DNA of 64,000 nt from Podarcis erhardii (taxonomy: Eukaryota): assembly GCA_964252035.1 (NCBI GenBank), contig OZ176207.1; one strand, given 5' to 3'. The notes beneath the pieces were generated by a model. The model was given only the letters and a program-made list of their open reading frames with translations, made no database searches and was not told the origin of the DNA. Of this stretch, positions 11,314 through 23,285 are shown piece by piece (positions within the stretch are counted from its first letter, which is position 1; each line of letters starts with the position of its first letter). Made by a program: the position numbers and the translations under genes.

Positions 11314-11542
11314 GGCCGTGTACACACTCCTATTTACTCTGCATCCAATGTGTTTCCACTGCTGGTTTGGTTAATATTGTATACATGTTATTAGCCACAA
11401 TCCATATCTGTCCTGTATCTGTCCTGTAATTTCTTATGAAATATTGCATTTTGATGCGTTCCCCCCCCCCAAACTAGCTTTGATCCAAATGGGAGGAAAA
11501 AACAACCTAGCTGTGTTTTGAGCCAGAAGTGTGTACATAACC
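11314..11542. mobile_element. PIF/Harbinger-like MITE
   Basis: TIRs GGCCGTGTACACAC / GTGTGTACATAACC (11/14 complementary); 3-bp TGA on both sides; interior homologous to 25119-25520. Confidence 0.65.
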
Positions 11543-12569
11543 TGAGACATTCACTATCCTGTTATACAGGACTTCATTTTTGTTACCAAATCACAACTTC
11601 ATTTTCACAGGCTTTTTCTAGCTCAGCACAAGCAGTGTTTTTTGGTAGATGACTCCCAGACGTAGCTACCGGTACTTTCTTGGGATGAAAAGGCCTGCTT
11701 AAAATGTACCGGCTCACCCCACTTCAGAAAAGCACCTTTGTTTCAGCCGTGGGTCATACAGTAGAGACTATCAGACAGCAGGTGCATCTTATAGTGTATG
11801 TCATGGAGCAATAAATCACATAATTACAGGTCATGAGGTGCAGCTCCCCTTTGATGTGACTTTTTTGTTGCTCTTGCAGCGGATACAATTTGGCTGAGAT
11901 ATCAAATGCAGATAGCAGTAAAAATTTAATTTAAAAAATCAAAGCATTTATTTGGATTTATTAGAACTCAAGCCAACAGGTTTCTTAAATCTTAAAGCAC
12001 TTGCAGAGGTGGAGAGCAAAAGACAGCATCTTTGCAGCGTCTGAAGCCCGTGACTTTGAAAAATAATTGCTTCCAAAGATAAAGATTCTAGTAAAGTGCT
12101 TTTCATTTATTAAAGATGTGTAGATCTTCCCAGCAAGAGGGCATGTTCAATGTTCTCATTCTGGTCTCCACTCCTGTCTTTCCCTTTTACCTCTTAATAA
12201 AATCGTGGCAATAACTTTATTAAAAGGCTCTGTCCTAAATCTTTTTATGAAGCCATTTTCTTTGCTTCTGGAACTTCTGAGAAGTTTGTGCTGGTGTGGA
12301 TTTTTGACCGCTAAAATCTCTGTGTTACCATGGAAGAAATTCCATGAAATAAAAGCAGTGAAATTACTGCACACTCGTAGCATAGTCTTATGCAGTAGCA
12401 GCTAGTGTGGTGGGCTAGCCCAATGGAGTTGCCCTTCTGACGCTTTTGCTCCTTTATCTTATTTGGACAACACTAGGGCAGGGCAGGGCTGCAGTGAGGT
12501 CAGAGAGAGGTTTCCCTGTGGGGTGTCAATTGTGTAGGTGGCTGTAAAGTGTAGTCAAATTCAGACATG

Positions 12570-12693
12570 ATATTGTATCCAATAAAGTCATGCCCACTCA
12601 CTCAGACCCAATGAAATCAATGAATTTGAGCTAATCCATTCTCAATCCACTGATTTCAACAGACCTATTCTGTGATTTACTTGGATATTACCC
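12570..12693. repeat. About 120-bp foldback (palindromic) element, copy 1
   Basis: Arms TATCCAA..AGACCCAATGAAATCAATG / CACTGATTTCAACAGACC..TTGGATA; homologous to 51116-51236 and 54884-55008. Confidence 0.6.
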
Positions 12694-13765
12694 ATAAACA
12701 AAGTAAGGGATATAGTTGGAACTAAGTTCATATGCCAAGTTAAAAGAGCAACAGCAGAGTAACCCTGTGGGGAAAATGGAGCAGGGATGGAATTTCAGCT
12801 CAAAGCATTCAGATAATCTGGGTCATAGCAAAGGGCACAAAGGGGAAAAGGAAGTGTATGGGGGCAAGAGTGGTCCAAAAGGAAAGTACTGATTGGAAAC
12901 AGGAAACCCAGAATGAGCCCTAACTCAGGTGTGAATTTAAGAATATACAAATTATTTTCTTCACTTTCTTTTGTATTTTTTTAAAAGGAGCTGAAGTAGT
13001 TTCCATCTTATCAAATTAACTTTAACCTTCCAAAATAGTTTCCATCTTTTCAAATTATCATGAAGATGTGCTTGAGAGTTGCAACTTTTAACCTCCGGCT
13101 ACATTCCTGTTTCCAATGCACACCAGCTGAATTTGTACTTGTTATTTACTCATGTAGATAAAAAGGACAGTTAGAATTGGGTATCATCACTATAGCAATG
13201 GCTTCTTACCTCACATAACTTCGCACAGCAGCTTAATATAAAAATATCATGCAGATTGTAGAAGGTGATCCACAGTGGACTAGGAGTGCTGTCTTTGAGT
13301 GGCATTCAATCACATTCTAGCAGTTTCAGGTTTCACAGTTGAAGTGGATTTGAAGCTCTTGCACAAGATGTTTTCCCCCACCCCAAAACTGGGATTTTTG
13401 CAATAAGGGAAGTGACTGGAAGATGCCCTGGAAAGTGTGGCATATGGAGTGTTGTCTAACTTTCACACAGCTGTTAAAAGAACAGGGTCTCTGCCAGGAA
13501 AATGCACAGACACACCTCAGGCAATTCAATAATGGGTCTGTCATTTGGCCAAGCTCCCGAGAAACAGCTCTATATGCACTTAAGAGTAGTGTGACAAGAG
13601 ATTGGAAAATGTGAGGGATTAAAATTTAGTAATGAAAGCATGTAAGATAATTTAAGCTAGTTTACACTTATACTGTTTGTACATTGATTTTATATATTCA
13701 GAGCCAAATGACTCTCAGCCAAATGAGTACGGTAAATCATTTTCTTTTTCTTTTTTTAAAAAATG

Positions 13766-13961
13766 TTATATTTATATCCCACCTTGGGATATAACATAGA
13801 TATATAATAAGGACCTTGGGCAATGTAAATGACCCTTATTCCCAATTTTCACCCCCAAACAATTATGTGAGCTAGTTAGGCTGACAGAGTAAGGAGCTTT
13901 GAGGCTGAGGATGGAATTAAAGCTTGGTCTCCCTAACGGCCACTGCTATACCACACTGGCG
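13766..13961 (-). mobile_element. CORE-type tRNA SINE (Squam3-like), degenerate
   Basis: Reverse complement: GCCAGTGTGGTATAGC..GGGAGACC..CTCAGCC..TCAGCCTAACTAGCTCACA..GGTGGGATATAAATATAA; same layout as 30173-30398. Confidence 0.55.
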
Positions 13962-16664
13962 CTATTTTGTTTGAGTTGACATTGGATGTGAGAAAAAGCT
14001 TTATCTGTAGTCATAATTACATAATGGCTCATTGATACATGGCAACCCTTTCATGCTATAGACTATCAGGAATGACTCTCCTTCAGTGGAAGTCTTCAAG
14101 CAGAGCCAAGACAACCACCTGGATTTCCGGCAGTAAGCAGACTTGATAGTCACCAAGACTTCCTTCAACTCTATGATACTTAGTGAACTGGTCTGTAGTG
14201 AGAAGCAATTGTTTCTGACTAGTGATTTCAGAATCCTGTTTCAAGCCACATTGTTATTAACATCAGAGTGTGGATGGGGATGTCTTCACCCAATGTGCAT
14301 AATCTTTTCGGTTTCCTGCATCTGCAACCTGTCCTCCCAGGAACTTCTATTCGCTAAGTTGTCATCTGTGCTCATCTGTGCATGCCTGATGAATGTTAGG
14401 GTATGTTCACATTCACATTACTACTTATTCCACATTCAGTTTTCTCACTAGATTGAAACTGGTTTGAGGAAAGACTGCAGTATTTGTCGAGAAAATATAG
14501 GATCCGTATGGATTGTGACTAATGTTGTGCGATGAGGCTTCAACAATTAGCAGTGGGAGCACCCTGGATGTGGAGCAAGCTGTACTGTGAACATGCCCTA
14601 GGTTTACATGCCCAAGCAGTTCCTTATACCACATGGCAAACTTCTGCAACGGATGGGATTTGCAAAAACAGTTTTTGGTATTTATTAGCCATTTCTCTAC
14701 TGAAGTCTTCAAAGCAGCAGAGAAATCGTGCAGCATAAAAAACACATACAATAGATACAACCAAAGCTAATTAAAAAACAACTTCAAAGTAAGCCCCAGG
14801 AAACAGCAGCAAATGGAATTGTGCTTATTGTTCAAAGTGGGTGGGTGGAAAGTCCGACTGTACATGCCCAGGCCATTGAACCCACCTAAAGTAGATCACT
14901 GGATTCATGCCAGTGCATTTTATGGCGGATTTAGTGGTGAAGCTTGATGAGTTGTTCTGGTTAACTACTCAGGTCTAGAAGTTATGGGGTATGCCACAGT
15001 AACAAATCAACTGTTTTCAAAGGAAACCCAGTTCTGAGAAAAAAAAATCACACACACACACACACATATAGGAATACTGTTTTTGTCCCTGAAAATATGG
15101 ATCATGTTGAGGATATTTAACATTTTCATAAATTTTATATTGAGCTAAAGAGAGAAAAAATGTCTCTCACTTTTGGAGGAAATTATCTTGTTCATCCTAA
15201 TGCACTGAAGAGATTCCTCCCCCCCCCCACACACACTGCAAAAACAATCAGTTCTACACCATTTACTTACATAAACCTGAAAAGAAATGTACGGTAATTT
15301 GGAGAGTTTTATTATGTATTTATAGTAGTTTCAGTTACTTGTTTCATAACAACACAATCCTATGCATGATTACTCATAAATTAGTCCAATGAGTTCAATA
15401 CAGCTTACTCCAAAGGGAAGAATGTATAGGGTTTTAACTTTAGATTTGCTTTATTAAACATATACTTTAAGTTATATGACATTAGTTATTTAAAGTACTG
15501 TATTGTACTATTTCTGCTTGTGATTAATATAATTAATTTTAATGAAATCTGATATATCTGTAACAGAGTTAAAATAAAATCCAACTTTTAAAAACCAAAT
15601 ATGTTTTGTTCTTCTATGATTGAACCATCACTTAAAAAAAGAAAAGAAAAAGATTATGGTAGAACCAGTACTACAAATAGCTCATGAGATAAAAAGGGAC
15701 ATCATGGTCTGAGCGTTGGAATAAAAAGGTGGGAACTGATCAAAGACAATATAATTGATGGTTCCATGAAGTAAAAAACTTGGGATGAGTGCCATAAGGT
15801 ATTGCTGAATTTCAACACATGCATCTTGAGTAAGAAAGTGGGGGGGGGGGACACCCACACTGTCACTACAAACAACATCAGAAACTTTAAAAGGCTGCAG
15901 TGGAAATCAAAAGGAAGAAAAAGGTTTTGCCATCTTTTGTGTTTAAGGGAAGCAAATTAACTTCTTGACATTTGCGTTATTAATTTTTATGCTTTGATGG
16001 AAATAATCTGTTGCAGTGCTTTAAAGTCCTGGGTTTCACCTCGAGGAGGGAGGAGGAGGGAGAAGGAGCAAAAGACTTCAAAGTGAATGATTACCTGTTG
16101 ATGATGTATTGTATTTAAACACTCTGGCTGGGGATTAAAGCCAATCCTTAGGGCTGTTAACAACCTGCCGTAAACAACTAATGAATCAGAGGACTAGGGC
16201 ATAACTAACCAAAGCTGAAGGATTTTCCCATTATGACTACAAGCTGTGGCCAGACTATGGCACTATTCTGATATAGTAAAAGGGATTTAGGTCACTGCAT
16301 ACCCTGATATATAGGGACCACTTATTATTCCTGACAACAACACAGCTCCAGCCAGGCTTTGCCTAGATATCTCCCAAAAAGTTTTTGATGTAATAGAGTA
16401 ACACAGTATTTCTCATTACTGTATATCCATAGTCATCCTCAGAAGTATTGATAGTGCTATAGAGAGGGGCTGCCACGTTACAGGAATTTCAGTATTAATT
16501 TGTCTTAATTTAACAGCATTTGTATACTGGTTACTCAACAGAAAACTTCTAAACAGTTTACAAAGCACCATCTAAAATACTGATACGTATTGATAAAATG
16601 CAAACATTAGAGAAAAGGTTGACATAATCAAAATATAAATAAGACCATCAAGACATCCTACATG

Positions 16665-16738
16665 TGTTGTATGTCTGCAGAGGGCTCCATTCATAGAGGG
16701 AGCTGCATGTTGTATGCCTGCAGAGGGAGCCATTCATA
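16665..16738. repeat. Local duplication of a 31-bp unit
   Basis: TGTTGTATGTCTGCAGAGGGCTCCATTCATA (16665-16695) and TGTTGTATGCCTGCAGAGGGAGCCATTCATA (16708-16738). Confidence 0.9.
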
Positions 16739-17224
16739 TCTCCCTGTTCCCACTCCCTGATGCCCACAGGCTGAATGTGGAATTCAGAGAAGGAAAGCTG
16801 TCATGCATATAACCTTTTATGTACTCAGGAACCCCAGTCACTCAGGTATTCCAGATCACAGCCTATGCATGTAGAGCGCTGAGCATGTGTAGGCTTTCCT
16901 TCCTCAGCCATCCACACTCAATACATGGTCCTGGATTCAACTAACCTGGTGCACAAGGGTTCCAATTAGTGCAGCAGGGCTCCCCCCCCCCATATACTTT
17001 TACCAGAATTTATGGAAAGGTTGGGGGGGAGGTTTGCCCCTCCAGCAGACATCATACACCCCCCGACTATCAAAATCAGCACAATCACTCCTGCAAATGT
17101 TCCCACAAAACACTTCATCACACAGTTTTTTCCTATCTCTATTCAAAGGGCCATTGCTGCACATTACCAAATGTAACAATTCACTGATAAATGAATCTAT
17201 GTGCTGGCTCAATGGGAAAACTTT

Positions 17225-17425
17225 GTTGTTGTTTAGTTGTTTAGTCGTTTAGTCGTGTCTGACTCTTCATGATCCCATGGACCAGAGCACGACAGGCATT
17301 TCTGTCTTCCACTGCCTCCCGCAGTTTGGTCAAACTCATGTTAGTAGCTTCAAGAACACTGTCTAACCATCTCACCCTCTGTCGTCCCCTTCTTCTTGTG
17401 CCCTCAGTCTTTCCCAAGATCAGGG
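17225..17425 (-). mobile_element. Bov-B LINE, short 5'-truncated 3' end
   Basis: Nearly colinear with 2690-2900; minus frame LILGKTEGTRRRGRQRVRWLDSVLEATNMSLTKLREAVEDRNACRALVHG. Perfect 11-bp TSD GGGAAAACTTT at 17214-17224 and 17423-17433, with GGG microhomology at the truncation point. Confidence 0.95.
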
Positions 17426-18712
17426 AAAACTTTAGAAAGTCATATAAAATCGCTCCAGTATCGGATTTGTGCCATTCCAACTTTGATCTGTTCAGGAAAG
17501 GAATGGCTACCAAGAGAGGAGCCTGGGACGTGGGCAGGGGCAGCCACCATCCCCCAAGCCTGAGACCACATACTCAGCAGCCTTCTTGCCTAGATGATAA
17601 TTGCTGGCATCCTGGCCCCTGAGTGCCAGACAGGTAGCCATTCCAGAAACAATAGTAAACCCAACCACAGTTTATTAGTATCTTGGTCAAGACAAAGGGG
17701 TGTGCTTAACTTGACAGTGAGAACAGGAACATGTACATACTTGCCTTTGTTCTACTTAATGTGTGTGAGGTGGAGATCAAGGGAGGGATGGGGGCAAACT
17801 TGATACTCAGGTTTCTGCCAGAAGACCCCTCCCATATTATGACATAGCTATGATGTATATATGATGTATGTATGATGTTTCACTAAGGGTATTGTGGGTA
17901 AAAAGGGAAACTTATATAAAAAAGGAGCCATCCTTTGTTCAGGGCTTCTTCCTGCTTCTTCCATATGGTAGTTGGAAGTCCTATTGCAACAGTTCCTACA
18001 GGCTGCTGTTTTGCTCCAATACTCTTGGCGGGTGTCTTTGTTTGGCAAATCCAAGTGAGCTTGAATTTTCCTATAACAATACCTTCCCCAAGTCTACTCT
18101 GTAGGGCAGACCCCTATAATAGTGCATGAGGGTGAGGAGATGGAGGATCATTCTGTCTGGCCAACAGAAATACACAACACTGAATTTCATCCCAGGACAG
18201 CAACAGGGGCCACAATATGGGCCCATGTCCATTTCTTAAGTGTGGAGTCCACTTCACATATATATTATGATCACATTTTAAAACATAGAACTACAGCTAA
18301 GATGGGCTTACTAAAGGACTTTAGCCTGTGTTCCCTTGAGTTTAGTTTTAACATTTTGTCCACCGGACTGTTTGAAAAAGTGATAGCTATTACTGCACTC
18401 CTTACCCTCAGCCACTCCTACTTTGTGTGTAATGTAAGTTCAGAAATATGTGCTCAGATTATAAATGTATTGCCTGGATTCAGCATACTTTGCAAAGTTT
18501 TACCCTCCCTGCAAGAATGTGATGAGTTGTAATCTGAGACATGCATTAAATGAGCCTGGTTTCATCTATTGAAAAGTGTTGACTTTATGACTATGTGAAT
18601 GGGTCCAATGTGATGGGCTAGGAGAGGAGCACAAGCAGCTGTTCTGGACCGGATATATATGGGGAACTGTCCCAAGAGGGCCAATTTTTCAATTATAGAG
18701 TGTATATGTGAA

Positions 18713-18713
<1 letters not shown>

Positions 18714-18744
<31 letters not shown>
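18714..18744. repeat. (CA)n microsatellite
   Basis: About 15 units, read directly. Confidence 0.95.
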
Positions 18745-18746
<2 letters not shown>

Positions 18747-19413
18747 TGTGTGTGAGCACACAAATACATTTCTAATATAGACAACCACACCTGGCATGAT
18801 GACATTCTTCTTGAAATGCAAAGAACTCGTTGACCTTTACAGTCTTTCTTTTTTTGGGGGGGGGGATCTTTTTCACTAAAAGGAATGTAAACAAGAACAC
18901 AAACAAGAATGAAGACTTCAGATTTAGCATACACCGGCTGCTCTTTTGAGGAATAGAAATCAGCAGTATTTGCCTTTTATCAGGGGTGTGTGTGCAGTGT
19001 GGGATTGTCAGTGCTCTCAGCTAAGATTCAGAAAAGAGAACTGAAAATATGGGAAAGTAAATACAGACACAGTGAATGGAATGTAAACAGTCTCTGAGCA
19101 GCCAAAAGGCATCTTAGAGGAGGCAGGCAGACTTTTACCCCCTGGATTACTTGCTTTGAAGATTTATGGTTTGTGGAACTCTAATGCATTACTTGTGTGT
19201 ATTATATAGCTTTATTACAAACTATCAGCCCAAAGCAAGAGCAGTCATGCCAAAAGACTGATGTGCATGTACAAGCTGCAGTGACCACAATACATCTCTC
19301 CCTGTGAGACTCCCTCCCTCCTTATGGGAGTCACCTGCCTTTTAACAGGTGCAAGGTAGAAAACGCTCCAACAAGTGAAGCTTCTCCCTTCACGGCATTG
19401 CTACTAAACCTGC

Positions 19414-19623
19414 AAAGGTAAAGGTAAAGGACCCCTGACAGTTAAGTCCACTTGCAAACAACTCTGGGGTTGTGGCGCTCATCTTGTTTTACTGGTCGAG
19501 GGAGCCGACATTTGTCTGCAGACAGTTTTTCTGGGTCATGTGGCCAGCATGACTAAGCTGCTTCTGGTGAAATCAGAGCAGTGCACGGAAATGCCGTTTA
19601 TCTTCCCGCCGGAGCAGTACCTA
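19414..19623 (-). mobile_element. Sauria SINE, 5'-truncated
   Basis: AAAGGTAAAGGTAAAGGACCCCTGAC..GGGTCATGTGGCCAGCATGACTAAGC..TTCCCGCCGGAGCAGTACCTA; colinear with the 3' 60% of 33371-33723. Confidence 0.9.
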
Positions 19624-19703
19624 AGCTGTTAATGGCTGTCACGTTGAAATGACTCTTGTACCCTAAAGAACTGCATAGAACAGAAAACACAGAGCAAAAG
19701 AGG

Positions 19704-19890
19704 CTTGGGGTACCGTAAAAGCCAACAGATTCATTGTGCCATAAGAGACTGGAGACTGCTTTGCCAGGTCTACTTTATCAAGGCTCCAGCCTCCAAAAGC
19801 TCATTGCACAATAAATCTGTTAATATTAAGGCACCCCAGTCTCTTTTGCTGTGTTTACTGTGACAAACTAGCACTGCTACCTCTCTGAAA
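19704..19890. mobile_element. Penelope-like element terminal remnant (inverted arms), copy 2
   Basis: Arms GGGGTACCGTAAAAGCCAACAGATTCATTGTGCCATAAG / CTCATTGCACAATAAATCTGTTAATATTAAGGCACCCC; downstream GACAAACTAGCACTGCTACCTCTCTG resembles the recalled Penelope terminus. Confidence 0.55.
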
Positions 19891-20517
19891 TAGAACAGGG
19901 TTTAAAAACCAAATCACAGAGGTCTAGCCCTGGCTCTTGAGCTATTCCCTGCTATATGTTAGGTACAGGAACTCCCACATAATCTTCACTAGACAGTTCT
20001 AAGTCTAAATGTCTGTGATCAACATTAATTTGTCCTAATTCAGTTTTTGGCAACTTAGACAAAGCATTTCTTAATGCATACTTAGATTGTTTCTAGATCT
20101 CAAAAAATTATTGGGCATTGTTTTCTGAACTGACATGCATTAATTAGTACACTCCTAAGGCAGTACTGCGTTGGAAAGAAAACCTTGTTGTGTAAGGCAC
20201 TTTCTATGCATGCATTTGAAAGCCTTGATCTGTTTGGTCCAAAAATTGTTCTCACGCTAGCTGCCCTGTCTTTTGGTTCCACAATGTTCCTTGCTGTTAT
20301 TGAGCCTAATAGGTTCCATTTGCCACTTCTATGAGAAAATTGGCTTCTTCTGCTTAGGAAATATATTAGCATAAAACAGAAGATGCAGCAATCCTTTCAT
20401 TAGTGACAGTGTTCATTACTCAACAAATGTCATCCCCATATTTCTTTTTGCTTGGTCTGTCCCAGGACATGTGTTTGTAATTGGTGTTGTTTGTCAATTG
20501 TTGTTTCAGGACACAAT

Positions 20518-20578
20518 TTAGAATCTTAGAATCATAGAATTTGAAGGAGCATGGGAAAGGTCTGAAGTTCCAGCCTCT
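20518..20578 (-). mobile_element. CR1 3' tip, degenerate
   Basis: TTAGAATCTTAGAATCATAGAATTTGAAGG is the reverse complement of the CR1 (ATTCTATG)n tail. Confidence 0.5.
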
Positions 20579-20700
20579 TTTAATTATTCTGAGGCCCAGC
20601 ACACGTGACTATCTTGTGTTCTTCACATTATCATGCCTCTGATTCCAGTGTACAGTGTGACTTTCCTTTATTTCTCCACATACAGCAGCTCCAAGGGTAC

Positions 20701-21047
20701 TGTAGTGGACAAGTGTTCAGCTGAGTGGGGTGAACGTAGCCAATGAACACAGTGAGGAGGAAAGCTCAAACAGTTTATTCAACTATAGCAGATGCCACAG
20801 AGTAGGTTGACACCCAGAGAATCTGTTCAGCTCCTTGAAGTGCACAGAAAATATTTATATGGTTCTAATACATCGTTACATGTGAAAAATGTGTGATCAC
20901 AACTACTATTGGTCACACACAAGCATGTACTGCTCCATTACTAATTAACATTAAGCATAGACATGGGCCTCAAAGTGGGGAAAAACCCTTGAGGTCAGTC
21001 TTCAGTTAGACTCGAGGGTTTAGTTTCTCAGAAAGCAGGTTTTAACA
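20701..21047 (-). mobile_element. Probable solo LTR
   Basis: TGT..ACA termini; 5-bp flanks GGTAC (20696-20700) / GGTTC (21048-21052). On the minus strand, a TATA-like TATAAA (20859-20854) precedes AATAAA (20779-20774), about 75 bp from the end. Confidence 0.45.
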
Positions 21048-21104
21048 GGTTCTATGGTCAGCCTCTGTCTCTACCCTCTTCCTCCTGGACATGGCCTTTT
21101 TAGG

Positions 21105-21222
21105 GATGCCAGGAACTCTCCAACCACAAGAACTGTGAAAATGGACAATTGCTGCCAGTCATTGTGGACAATATTCAGTTAGGTGGACTAATGGTCTGAT
21201 AAGGCAGCTTCCTATGCACCTA
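21105..21222 (+). mobile_element. 3' part of Squam2-like SINE
   Basis: GCTGCCAGTCATTGTGGACAATATT..GGACTAATGGTCTGATAAGGCAGCTTCCTATG. Confidence 0.6.
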
Positions 21223-21312
21223 ACCCAGCTCACAGGGTTGTTGTGAGAATGAATGGGAAGACTACATAAGCTACCCTGAACTCCCTAGAGAAAGGTTGAA
21301 AATAAATAAATG
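21221..21312 (+). mobile_element. 3' part of CORE-type SINE (Squam3-like)
   Basis: TAACCCAGCTCACAGGGTTGTTGTGAGAATG..CCTGAACTCCCTAGAG..AATAAATAAA; matches the tail of 30173-30398. Confidence 0.6.
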
Positions 21313-22185
21313 TAATTAATATTTTTAATTATTATTTTTTAAAAATCCACAATAATTGTTAGATTCACTGAGACAGCTCCATCCCATGTTGTTGTTCACC
21401 AAAAGGTGAGCACAAAAAACCACCTCAATGATTTACAGATCTTATTTTCCAGGAAAATTTTTTCCTGATTACAGTTTTGGGAACTGATCTTTCTTCTTTC
21501 TTAACATGCTGAGAATGCACACTCAGCCATCATCAAAGGCACATCCTTTATGTACTGTAAACCCTGTAAACTCTATTGACTGACTTATGCTGATTTCTTG
21601 ATAACAGTAGGGAAGAGAATCCTGTTGCCTTCCCCCTCATATCTAAAAAGCAATCAGGCTTGCGGTGTCTAAATTGTTTGTGATCAACTGTCTGCTTTTA
21701 AGTAAGAGGACTCATTAGAATGGATGTTGAAAGCAATCCATGTTTAGTTTGGAACTTGTGTGTTCAGTTCTTATTCCTTACTTGAGAAGAGCTTACAGGC
21801 AAACTGTAACATGCCATGTCTCTCAGTACAATAATGTTTCCCCAAAGCCAACAGCAACAAAAAGAAAAAGGTGCTAAAATAATTCCTCCTTGTGGCATTT
21901 GGCTACATCAGATTTCGTTTTGCAGAATCTGCTTTGAACCTTCAAAACTGTGTTTTGCTCATAGCTATGTCAACATCATCTCTGAGTTCCAAAAGACAGA
22001 GAACCTGACACTATTACCCTTCTGGAAATTGACATTAAATTGTCATTGATATCTGCTGGAAAGAGGGAAAGAAAGCAAATCATAGTAGAAGGACTTTAAA
22101 CAACAACAGATAGGAATCTATGTAAAATCTCTGCCGCCATTTGTATTGTGTAACAACAGAAGGGCAGGCTTTCCACCCAAACAAC

Positions 22186-22211
22186 TAACTAACTAACTAA
22201 CTAACTAACTA
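22186..22211. repeat. (CTAA)n microsatellite, target of the adjacent MITE
   Basis: Read directly; continues as TAACTAA after the MITE. Confidence 0.9.
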
Positions 22212-22472
22212 CCGTATTTTTCGCTCTATAAGATGCACCAGACCACAAGACGCACCTAGTTTTTGGAGGAGGAAAACAAGGGGGGAAAAAATTCTGAATC
22301 TCAGAAGCCAGAACAGCAAGAGGGATCGCTGCGCAGTGAAAGCAGCAATCCTTCTTGCTGTTCTGGCTTCTAGGATAGCTGCACAGCCTGCATTTGCTCC
22401 ATAAGACGCACACACATTTCCCCTTACTTTTTAGGAGGGGAAAAAGTGAGTCTTATAGAGCAAAAAATACAG
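22212..22472. mobile_element. Tc1/mariner (Tc2/pogo-like) MITE
   Basis: TIRs CCGTATTTTTCGCTCTATAAGA / TCTTATAGAGCAAAAAATACAG; TA on both sides; internal 30-bp inverted repeat at 22303-22371. Confidence 0.9.
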
Positions 22473-22837
22473 TAACTAAAAATCTGCAGCCTTGTGAGCA
22501 GCTAAGGGCGCAGCTCCATGTGACATACAAATAAGGGTAAAAAACACAAAAAGAGCTGTTTTCTTTTATTTGCATTTTTGTTATAGAGATTTAGAATGTG
22601 GTCTCCCTCAGTTCAGAAATTGATGCTCCTTTATTAGATGAGCCCCAATACACACCCACACACCTCAGATCTGGCTGATAAATGGATTCTCTGCTGCTAG
22701 ACAACCTTTCCTGTTGGTTCCTAAATGACTTTACTCTTGTGAGGTGTGGCGAGACTGGTGGCAGGGAGGACTTTGTGGAGACAGGAGATGTTTTCTTGAC
22801 CTCATCCTTAGGGTCTGGGCACTGAGAAGCATAGCAT

Positions 22838-23285
22838 GAGAAAGGATGTTTATGAAGTTTATAACATTATGCACGGAGTGAAGAAAGTGGACAGAGAAGT
22901 TTTTCTGTCTGTCATCCTACTAGAACTCAGATTCTTCCAGTGAAATTCCTTGGCCATAGATTCAGAACAATCTTTACATAACAGATGGTTAGCTTAAAGG
23001 AATTTGCTGCCACAAAATGTGACGATGACTAGTAGCTCAGATAGCTTTAAAACTGGATTAGATAAATCAATAACAGGATAAAGTCTATCACTGACTCCTA
23101 GTCATGATGGCTGTATGGAAATGTTCCAGTCAGGATGCCCCTCTGTCCCAGTTTCTGGAAAGCAGCAGTGGGAGCAGGCTATTGCCCTCATGTGCTGCTT
23201 GTGAGTTTCCAGAGACATCTAGCTGGCCGCTATAGGAAAGAGCATGGACTTTGGTTTGATCCAGCAGGGCTCTTCTTCTGTTGTT
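22838..23285 (+). mobile_element. CR1 LINE 3' end, degenerate
   Basis: Frame YEVYNIMHGVKKVDREVF matches the CR1 ORF2 C-terminus (IEVYKIMHGxEKVDRE); 3' UTR ends TGATCCAGCAGGGCTCTTCTT. Confidence 0.8.

Noticed and set aside
18122-18532. 136-aa ORF, and similar unique-sequence ORFs at 383-697, 5904-6341, 58285-58677 and 63537-63857
   Set aside because: No recognisable domain, no convincing splice context; lengths are within what six-frame scanning of 64 kb can give by chance.
22039-22053. Cadherin-like DINDN motif after a strong minus-strand splice acceptor
   Set aside because: Not followed by the usual proline; no other cadherin-repeat motifs; the frame stops after about 25 codons.
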